A stretch of 64,000 bases of DNA from Macrostomum lignano. Taxonomy: Eukaryota. The notes beneath the pieces were generated by a model. It worked only from the letters and a program-made list of their open reading frames with translations, had not been told where the DNA came from and ran no database searches. The DNA lies in the NCBI GenBank assembly GCA_002269645.1, contig NIVC01000010.1, positions 1,798,001 to 1,862,000 on the forward strand, written 5' to 3'. Every line of letters starts with the position of its first letter. Position 1 is the first letter of the stretch. The position numbers and the translations under genes are program-made. Below, one piece after another: positions 23,501 through 33,500 of the stretch.

Positions 23501-26500
23501 TACGCCTTGTTGGCAGGTGAGCATTTTTAGGGGTCTGCTTCTAAAGCATTAAATGTTTTGTAGCCCTGAAGTATCGGATGTTTTATAGCCCTGAAGTATC
23601 GGGGGGTTTTGTAGCCCTGGAGTATCGGGGGGTTTTGTAGCCCTGAAGTATCGGATGTTTTATAGCCCTGAAGTATCGGATGTTTTATAGCCCTGAAGTA
23701 TCGGATGTTTTTTAGCCCTGGAGTATCGGATGTTTTATAGCCCTGGAGTATCGGATGTTTTATAGCCCTGGAGTATCGGGGGGTTTTGTAGCCCTGAAGT
23801 ATCGGATGTTTTATAGCCCTGGAGTATCGGGGGGTTTTGTAGCCCTGAAGTATCGGATGTTTTATAGCCCTGGAGTATCGGATGTTTTATAGCCCTGGAG
23901 TATCGGATGTTTTATAGCCCTGGAGTATCGGATGTTTTGTAGCCCTGGAGTATCGGGGGGTTTTGTAGCCCTGAAGTATCGGATGTTTTATAGCCCTGGA
24001 GTATCGGATGTTTTTTAGCCCTGGAGTATCGGGGGGTTTTGTAGCCCTGAAGTATCGGATGTTTTATAGCCCTGGAGTATCGGGGGGTTTTGTAGCCCTG
24101 AAGTATCGGAGGCTTCAGTAGCCTGAAGTATCGGCGGTTTCAGTAGCCTGAAGTATCGGCGGTTTCAGTAGCCTGAAGTATTGGAAGTTTCAGTAGCCTG
24201 AAGTATCGGCGGTTTCAGTAGCCTGAAGTATCGGCGGTTTCAGTAGCCTGAAGTATCGGCGGTTTCAGTAGCCTGAAGTATCGGCGGTTTCAGTAGCCTG
24301 AAGTATCGGCGGTTTCAGTAGCCTGAAGTATCGGCGGTTTCAGTAGCCTGAAGTATCGGCGGTTTCAGTAGCCTGAAGTATCGGCGGTTTCAGTAGCCTG
24401 AAGTATCGGCGGTTTCAGTAGCCTGAAGTATCGGAAGTTTCAGTAGCCTGAAGTATCGGAGGTTTCAGTAGCCTGAAGTATCGGCGGTTTCAGTAGCCTG
24501 AAGTATTGGAAGTTTCAGAACCAATAAGTGTTTATAGAAGTTTTTATGGCCCTTAATTATAGATGGTTTCAGCGCTCTGAAGTATCAGATCAGAGTGATG
24601 ATCTTGCACCAATCCGCCATACTACACAGGCTGACTACACAGCAACTGTCCGAGCAACTGACGTATTTCAACGTCCCTGCTCTGATCGCTGGCAGCTGCA
24701 GCCTTCGCCGCCTCCGCCATCAGTTCTCGCTAGACTCAATTTCACAATTCGGGGCACTGGCAGCTATGAGAACTGCTCAAAATTAGTTGGTAAATTTTTT
24801 AACGCCAGTTGCGATCAGAGCACGTGCTCGTTTAATGGCGTTTTCCAACCGGCGCCCGCTAGCAAGTTTGTGGCATTCTCCGGCTTCTACTATGTGGCGT
24901 CATTTTTCAACGCTAGTAATATTGGATCCGACCGAATGCAGTTTGTTAATGCTGTGAGAGCCTTCTGCCAGAAGAGATATCTCGCATCCATTGGCTATAG
25001 CGATAGCTTCCTGAGATGGTACTGCTTTGATGGAGTGTACGTTCTGTCGTTATTGAATGCCTATGGATTCAATGAGACTAACTGGGGTCTGCTTGAGTTT
25101 GAGGACTCGGTATGTTTGGGGGGTTTTATACATATTTTTTTCTGGGATAATGGGATTTTAATAATAGGATTACCTTGAGTCGAATAAGAGAGTTTATGAG
25201 GATTTTAATAATGAGTCCACCTTGGGTCTAATGGGAAATTGAGGATTTAAATTATGAGTCCATCTTAAGTCGAATGGGAGAAAGGGTCCGGGGATTTTAA
25301 TAATGAGTCCACCTTGAGTCGAATGGGAGAATGAAGATTTTAATAATGAGTCCACCTTCCTTGAGTCGATTGGGAGAAAGAGGATTTTGATAATGAGTCC
25401 ACTTTCCTTGAGTCGATTGGGAGAAAGAGGATTTTGATAATGAGTCCACCTTGAGTCGAATGGGGGAATGAGGATTTTAATAATGAGTCCACCTTGAGTC
25501 GAATGGGAGAATGGGGATTTTAATAATGAGTCCACCTTGAGTCGATTGGGAGAATGAGGATTTTAATAATGAGTCCACCTTGAGTCGATTGGGAGAAAGA
25601 GGATTTTAATAATGAGTCCACTTTCCTTGAGTCGATTGGGAGAATGAGGATTTTAATAATGAGTCCACCTTGAGTCGAATGGGAAAATGAGGATTTTAAT
25701 AATGAGTCCACCTTGAGTCGAATGGGAAAATGAGGATTTTAATAATGAGTCCACCTTGAGTCGAATGGGGGAATGAGGATTTTAATAATGAGTCCACCTT
25801 GAGTCGAATGGGGGAATGGGGAATTTAATAATGAGTCCACCTTGAGTCGAATGGGAGAATGAGGATTTTAATAATGAGTCCACCTTCCTTGAGTCGATTG
25901 GGAGAAAGAGGATTTTGATAATGAGTCCACTTTCCTTGAGTCGATTGGGAGAAAGAGGATTTTGATAATGAGTCCACTTTCCTTGAGTCGATTGGGAGAA
26001 AGAGGATTTTGATAATGAGTCCACCTTGAGTCGAATGGGGGAATGAGGATTTTAATAATGAGTCCACCTTGAGTCGAATGGGAGAATGGGGATTTTAATA
26101 ATGAGTCCACCTTGAGTCGAATGGGAAAATGAGGATTTTGATAATGAGTCCACTTTCCTTGAGTCGATTGGGAGAAAGAGGATTTTGATAATGAGTCCAC
26201 CTTGAGTCGAATGGGGGAATGAGGATTTTAATAATGAGTCCACCTTGAGTCGAATGGGAAAATGAGGATTTTAATAATGAGTCCACCTTGAGTCGATTGG
26301 GAGAAAGAGGATTTTAATAATGAGTCCACCTTGAGTTGATTGGGAGAATGAGGATTTTAATAATGAGTCCACCTTGAGTCGATTGGGAGAAAGAGGATTT
26401 TAATAATGAGTCCACCTTAAGTCGAATGGGAAAATGAGGATTTTAATAATGAGTCCACCTTGAGTCGAATGGGAAAATGAGGATTTTAATAATGAGTCCA

Positions 26501-28347
26501 CCTTGAGTCGAATGGGGGAATGAGGATTTTAATAATGAGTCCACCTTGAGTCGAATGGGGGAATGAGGATTTTAATAATGAGTCCACCTTGAGTCGAATG
26601 GGGGAATGAGGATTTTAATAATGAGTCCACCTTGAGTCGAATGGGGGAATGAGGATTTTAATAATGAGTCCACATTGAGTCGAATGGGGGAATGAGGATT
26701 TTAATAATGAGTCCACCTTGAGTCGAATGGGAAAATGAGGATTTTAATAATGAGTCCACCTTGAGTCGAATGGGGGAATGAGGATTTTAATAATAAGTCC
26801 ACCTTGAGTCGAATGGGGGAATGAGGATTTTAATAATGAGTCCACCTTGAGTCGAATGGGAGAATGAGGATTTTAATAATGAGTCCACCTTCCTTGAGTC
26901 GATTGGGAGAAAGAGGATTTTAATAATGAGTCCACATTGAGTCGAATGGGGGAATGAGGATTTTAATAATGAGTCCACCTTGAGTCGAATGGGAGAATGA
27001 GGATTTTAATAATGAGTCCACCTTCCTTGAGTCGATTGGGAGAAAGAGGATTTTAATAATGAGTCCACCTTGAGTCGAATGGGAGAATGAAGATTTTAAT
27101 AATGAGTCCACCTTGAGTCGAATGGGAGAATGAGGATTTTAATAATGAGTCCACCTTGAGTCGAATGGGGGAATGAGAATTTTAATAATGAGTCCACCTT
27201 GAGTCGAATGGGGGAATGAGGATTTTAATAATGAGTCCACATTGAGTCGAATGGGGGAATGAGGATTTTAATAATGAGTCCACCTTGAGTCGAATGGGAG
27301 AATGAGGATTTTAATAATGAGTCCACCTTCCTTGAGTCGATTGGGAGAAAGAGGATTTTAATAATGAGTCCACATTGAGTCGAATGGGGGAATGAGGATT
27401 TTAATAATGAGTCCACCTTGAGTCGAATGGGAAAATGAGAATTTTAATAATGAGTCCACCTTAAGTCGATTGGGAGAATGAGGATTTTAATAATGAGTCC
27501 ACCTTGAGTCGAGTAGGAGAATGAAGATTTTAATAATGAGTCCACCTTGAGTCGATTGGGAGAATGAGGATTTTAATAATGAGCCCACATTGAGTCGAAT
27601 GGGAGAATGAAGATTTTAATAATGAGTCCACCTTGAGTCGATTGGGAGAATGAGGATTTTAATAATGAGCCCACATTGAGTCGATTGGGAGAATGAGGAT
27701 TTTAATAATGAGCCCACATTGAGTCGAATGGGAGAATGAGGATTTTAATAATGAGTCCACCTTGAGTCGAGTAGGAGAATGAAGATTTTAATAATGAGTC
27801 CACCTTGAGTCGATTGGGAGAATGAGGATTTTAATAATGAGCCCACATTGAGTCGAATGGGAGAATGAAGATTTTAATAATGAGTCCACCTTAAGCTTCT
27901 GTAGTTGAGGTAGCAGCACTTTAAATAACTATTCTAGCAAACTTTTTTACACAAAAATTTAATGCATGTTGCTATTTGTAATAATTAATTTTAGATTACT
28001 GTCAATCATTCTACAAGTGCAGGCGAACAGGTAAGGCTGGTACAAAAATTATAATTTGTGGACTTTATTGTTTCTTTATAATGTTTAATTTTAACAAAAG
28101 TAAACTGGTGGTTAAAATGTCTCAAATCTTTTGTCAGGCCACGTCAGCTAACAAAGTGGGCTGGTCGCTTGGCTACACGATACTTCAGTCCGGTCTGATA
28201 CCCGCCGAATCGCCTCTGATGTCGCTCTCGCTCCCCATGTTCATCATTCTATTAATAATGTTCGCCGCCTTCTTGGGGTTCGCCGTGCTGTTTGGCTGTT
28301 TGGGTAGGCGAGTTAAACAGCGAGCTCAAGGCTATGTGACTATCTGA
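20325..28347 (+). CDS. ENTPD: CD39/GDA1-family ecto-NTPDase (apyrase) with an N-terminal ubiquitin-like domain, two TM helices and a C-terminal GYVTI motif; 616 aa (628 with the optional exon)
   Basis: Exons 20325-20580, 20966-21114, 21731-21848, 21930-22065, 22948-23107, 23175-23516, 24630-25109, [27995-28030], 28138-28347; all GT-AG and phase-compatible; 1851 nt without the optional exon. Apyrase motifs: YGVIIDAGSS (ACR1), LGATAGMR (ACR2), GAEEAVGAWISVNYL (ACR3), GSLDLGGASTQ (ACR4), VGWSLGY (ACR5); also CSFNGVFQP and FVAFSGFYY of the CD39 clade. In-frame TAA at 20310 precedes the ATG. Linkage of exon 1 is less certain than that of the catalytic exons. Confidence 0.9.
21150..21672 (+). repeat. 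31 bp minisatellite in NTPDase intron 2
   Basis: Unit GTTTAGAATGTCACTGATTCCAGATATTTGT; degenerate at the 5' edge. Confidence 0.9.
22175..22895 (+). repeat. 28-29 bp minisatellite in NTPDase intron 4
   Basis: Unit CCAGATCCTCAGTTGCTGGGCCAGCCTC. Confidence 0.95.
23555..24520 (+). repeat. 25 bp minisatellite with two sub-arrays in NTPDase intron 6
   Basis: TAGCCCTGAAGTATCGGATGTTTTA up to ~24110, then CAGTAGCCTGAAGTATCGGCGGTTT. Confidence 0.95.
25185..27893 (+). repeat. 43 bp minisatellite (47 bp variant) in NTPDase intron 7
   Basis: Unit GAGTCCACCTTGAGTCGAATGGGAGAATGAGGATTTTAATAAT; variant units carry an extra TTCC. Confidence 0.95.
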
Positions 28348-28434
28348 TCGGGCCGGATATGCGAACTTTGACTATTTTCAAATCGTAAAGTGATTCTTTC
28401 GTTTTTATGCATGGTTTCAACAATAGGCACTTTG

Positions 28435-29612
28435 ACCTGAATAGCCCTGAAGTAATCCCTAGCCCTGACTTATCCCACCTGAATAGCCCTGAAGTATCTC
28501 ACCTGAATAGCCCTGAAGTATCCATAGCCCTGAAGTATCCCTAGCCCTGACTTATCCCACCTGAATAGCCCTGAAGTATCTCATCTAAATAGCCCTGAAT
28601 TCTCCCACCTGAATAGCCCTGACTTAACCCACCTGAATAGCCCTGAAGTATCCCATCTGAATAGCCCTGACTTATCCCACCTGAATAGCCCTGAAGTATC
28701 TCATCTAAATAGCCCTGAATTATCCCACCTGAATAGCCCTGACTTAACCCACCTGAATAGCCCTGAAGTATCCCATCTGAATATCCCTGAAGTATCCCAC
28801 CTGAATAGCCCTGAAGTATTCCATCTGAATAGCCCTGAAGTATCCCTAGCCCTGAAGTATCCCCCTGAATAGCCCTGAAGTATCCCACCTGAATAGCCCT
28901 GACTTATCCCACCTGAATAGCCCTGAAGTATCCCACCTGAATAGCCCTGAAGTATCCCACCTGAATAGCCCTGAAGTATTCCATCTGAATAGCCCTGAAG
29001 TATTCCATCTGAATAGCCCTGAAGTATCCCACCTGAATAGCCCTGACGTATCCCACCTGAATAGCCCTGAAGTATTCCATCTGAATAGCCCTGAAGTATC
29101 CCACCTGAATATCCCTGAAGTATCCCACCTGAATAGCCCTGAAGTATTCCATCTGAATAGCCCTGAAGTATTCCATCTGAATAGCCCTGAAGTATCCCAT
29201 CTGAATAGCCCTGAAGTATCCCACCTGAATAGCCCTGAAGTATCCCACCTGAATAGCCCTGAAGTATCCCATCTGAATAGCCCTGAAGTATCCCATCTGA
29301 ATAGCCCTGAAGTATCCCACCTGAATAGCCCTGAAGTATCCCATCTGAATAGCCCTGAAGTGTCCCATCTGAATAGCCCTGAAGTATCCCATCTGAATAG
29401 CCCTGAAGTGTCCCATCTGAATAGCCCTGAAGTATCCCACCTAAATAGCCCTGAAGTATCCCACCTGAATAGCCCTGAAGTATCCCATCTGAATAGCCCT
29501 GAAGTATCCCACCTAAATAGCCCTGAAGTATCCCACCTAAATAGCCCTGAAGTATCCCATCTGAATAGCCCTGAAGTGTCCCACCTAAATAGCCCTGAAG
29601 TATCCCACCTGT
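28435..29612 (+). repeat. 24 bp minisatellite just 3' of the NTPDase stop
   Basis: Unit ATAGCCCTGAAGTATCCCACCTGA. Confidence 0.95.
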
Positions 29613-29867
29613 ATTAAGTTTTTATAATCACTTTGCTTTGCGGATTTTAATTTTCTGTAATTTAGTTTCATACTTAAATTTATTCTTTTTCAAAATAAGT
29701 ATTCTGCGCTGGTTACACTAATTGCATGCGATACCAACCAAACTTTCAGATTATCAGTTCCGCAATTAAGAATATTATATTGGCGCCAAACTTTTTTAAC
29801 GGTAACCACTTCTTTTCTTCAATAATCTGTAAGATTTAAACCATCAACATCCAATAATGTTTAAAAT

Positions 29868-30900
29868 TGCCCTAGAATCATGTCTTGAATCGCCCTAGAA
29901 TCATGTCTTGAATCGCCTTACAATCATGTCTAGAATCGCCATAAAATCATGTCTAGAATCGCCCTACAATCATGTCTAGAATCGCCATACAATCATGTCT
30001 AGAATCGCCCTACAATCATGTCTAGAATCGCCATACAATCATGTCTAGAATCGCCATACAATCATGTCTAGAATCGCCATAAAATCATAATCGCCCTACA
30101 ATCTTGTCTAGAATCGCCATACAATCATGTCTTGAATCGCCATACAATCATAATCGCCCTACAATCTTGTCTAGAATCGCCCTGCAATCATGTCTTCAAT
30201 CGCCCTACAATCATGTCTAGAATCGCCCTACAATCATGTCTTGAATCGCCCTGCAATCATGTCTTGAATCGCCCTGCAATCATGTCTTGAATCGCCCTGC
30301 AATCATGTCTTGAATCGCCCTGCAATCATGTCTTGAATCGCCCTGCAATCATGTCTTGAATCACCCTACAATCATGTCTAGAATCGCCCTACAATCTTGT
30401 CTTAAATCACCCTGCAATCATGTCTTGAATCGCCCTGCAATCATGTCTTGAATCGCCCTGCAATCATGTCTTGAATCGCCCTGCAATCATGTCTTGAATC
30501 GCCCTGCAATCATGTCTAGAATCGCCCTACAATCATGTCTTGAATCGCCCTGCAATCATGTCTTGAATCGCCCTGCAATCATGTCTTGAATCGCCCTGCA
30601 ATCATGTCTTGAATCGCCCTGCAATCATGTCTTGAATCGCCCTGCAATCATGTCTTGAATCACCCTACAATCATGTCTAGAATCGCCCTACAATCTTGTC
30701 TGGAATAGCCCTGCAATCATGTCTTGAATCGCCATACAATCATGTCTGGAATCGCCCTACAATCATGTCTGGAATCGCCCTACAATCATGTCTTGAATCG
30801 CCCTGTAATCATGTCTTGAATCGCCCTGCAATCATGTCTTAAATCGCCCTACAATCATGTCTAGAATCGCCATACAATCATGTCTTGAATCGCCCTGTAA
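29868..30900 (+). repeat. 23 bp minisatellite
   Basis: Unit GAATCGCCCT(A/G)CAATCATGTCT(A/T). Confidence 0.95.
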
Positions 30901-31502
30901 TTCTGCCCAGAGTTGTTTTTCTACAAAAGCTCGGAAAAACATCGATTCGATTTGCGACTCTTCAAAGCTTAGTTCATAGTTTTTTCATGCTTATTTTTTA
31001 CATTCCCTTAACTTGTAAAATACTTCATTGATAATTGGCACAGTTGTCATTTTCAATATCCCATGCGCGGTCCGTTGATGATTTATTATTTAGCACACTT
31101 CTAATTATTTTTCATAAATGATATTTTTTTAAGTTTTCGATTGTTATGCCATTTGCGAGTCTCATCCTTTTGTTTTTTACTTGTGGACCGTTTCTATTTT
31201 TCATTGATCAATTTGCTCTAAAATGTGAAAATCTAATTGATAGGTCATCATCACTAATATAAATATACAGAATGTACCTAAAATAATTGTATTGCTGAAT
31301 CATTTGATTTTCCTAGTAAGTTATTTGATCATTTTATTTAAAAGTTAGCTTAAAACATTGGCCCCTAAAATTTATTTACCAAAAATTTTGAATCATACTA
31401 AAATTGTCCATTTATACTGTGCACTTTAGAATTACTCTTCAAACCCGTTTCTATTAAAAACAGGCCTTCAAATCCGTAGCCAATGAAAATCCTTGAGACC
31501 CC

Positions 31503-33414
31503 TTGAGAATCGGCCTTCAAATCCAAACCACCTTAAGAATCGGCCTTCAAATCCAGACCACCTTAAAAATCGACCTTCAAATCCGGACCACCCTAAGAAT
31601 TGACCTTCAAATCCAGACAACCTTAAGAATCGGCCTTCAAATCCAGACCACCTTAAAAATCGACCTTCAAATCCGGACCACCCTAAGAATCGACCTTCAA
31701 ATCCAGACAACCTTAAGAATCAGCCTTCGAATCCAGACTTCCTTAACGATCGGCCTTTAAATCCAGACACCTTAAGAATCAGCCTTCAAATCCAGACATT
31801 AAGAATCGGCCTTCAAATCCGGACCACCTTAGGAATCGACCTTCAAATCCAGACCACCTTAAGAATCGACCTTCAAATCCGGACCACCCTAAGAATCGGC
31901 CTTCAAATCCAGATAACCTTAAGAATCGACCTTCAAATCCAGATAACCTTAAGAATCAGCCTTCGAATCCAAACTTCCTTAACGATCGGCCTTTAAATCC
32001 AGACACCTTAAGAATCAGCCTTCAAATCCAGACATTAAGAATCGGCCTTCAAATCCGGACCACCTTAGGAATCGACCTTCAAATCCAGACCACCTTAAGA
32101 ATCGACCTTCAAATCCGGACCACCCTAAGAATCGGCCTTCAAATCCAGATAACCTTAAGAATCGACCTTCAAATCCAGATAACCTTAAGAATCAGCCTTC
32201 GAATCCAAACTTCCTTAACGATCGGCCTTTAAATCCAGACACCTTAAGAATCAGCCTTCAAATCCAGACTATTAAGAATCGGCCTTCAAATCCGGACCAC
32301 CTTAAGAATCGACCTTCAAATCCAGATAACCTTAAGAATCGACCTTCAAATCCAGATAACCTTAAGAATCAGCCTTCGAATCCAAACTTCCTTAACGATC
32401 GGCCTTTAAATCCAGACACCTTAAGAATCAGCCTTCAAATCCAGACTATTAAGAATCGGCCTTCAAATCCGGACCCCCTTAAGAATCGACCTTCAAATCC
32501 AGATAACCTTAAGAATCGACCTTCAAATCCAGATAACCTTAAGAATCAGCCTTCGAATCCAAACTTCCTTAACGATCGGCCTTTAAATCCAGACACCTTA
32601 AGAATCAGCCTTCAAATCCAGACTATTAAGAATCGGCCTTCAAATCCGGACCACCTTAAGAATCGGCCTTCAAATCCAGACCACCTTAAAAATCGGCCTT
32701 CAAATCCAGACCACCTTAAGAATAGGCCTTAAATCCAGACCACCTTAAGAATCGGCCTTCAAATCCAGACCACCTTAAGAATCGACCTTCAAATCCAGAT
32801 AACCTTAAGAATCGGCCTTCAAATCCAGACCACCTTAAGAATCGGCCTTCAAATCCAGACCACCTTAAGAATCGGCCTTAAATCCAGACCACCTTAAGAA
32901 TCGGCCTTCAAATCCAGACCACCTTAAGAATCGGCCTTAAATCCAGACCACCTTAAGAATCGGCCTTCAAATCCAGACCACCTTAAGAATCGGCCTTAAA
33001 TCCAGACCACCTTAAGAATCGACCTTCAAATCCAGACCACCTTAAGAATCGGCCTTCAAATCCAGACCACCTTAAGAATCGGCCTTAAATCCAGACCACC
33101 TTAAGAATCGGCCTTAAAACCAGACCACCTTAAGAATCGGCCTTCAAATCCAGACCACCTTAAAAATCGGCCTTCAAATCCAGACCACCTTAAGAATCGG
33201 CCTTCAAATCCAGACCACCTTAAGAATCGGCCTTAAATCCAGACCACCTTAAGAATCGGCCTTAAATCCAGACCACCTTAAGAATCGACCTTCAAATCCA
33301 GACCACCTTAAGAATCGACCTTCAAATCCAGACCACCTTAAGAATCGGCCTTAAATCCAGACCACCTTAAGAATCGGCCTTCAAATCCAGACCCCTCGAA
33401 AATCGGCCTTCAAA
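31503..33414 (+). repeat. 30 bp minisatellite with higher-order repeats, directly upstream of cactin
   Basis: Unit AAGAATCGGCCTTCAAATCCAGACCACCTT. Confidence 0.95.
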
Positions 33415-33500
33415 AGCAGATCCATTATGAAGACAAAGCGATTTTTTAAATAAAAAAACTGTAACCAACTTTTTAATACTTTCTGGAAACGAAATCAAAG

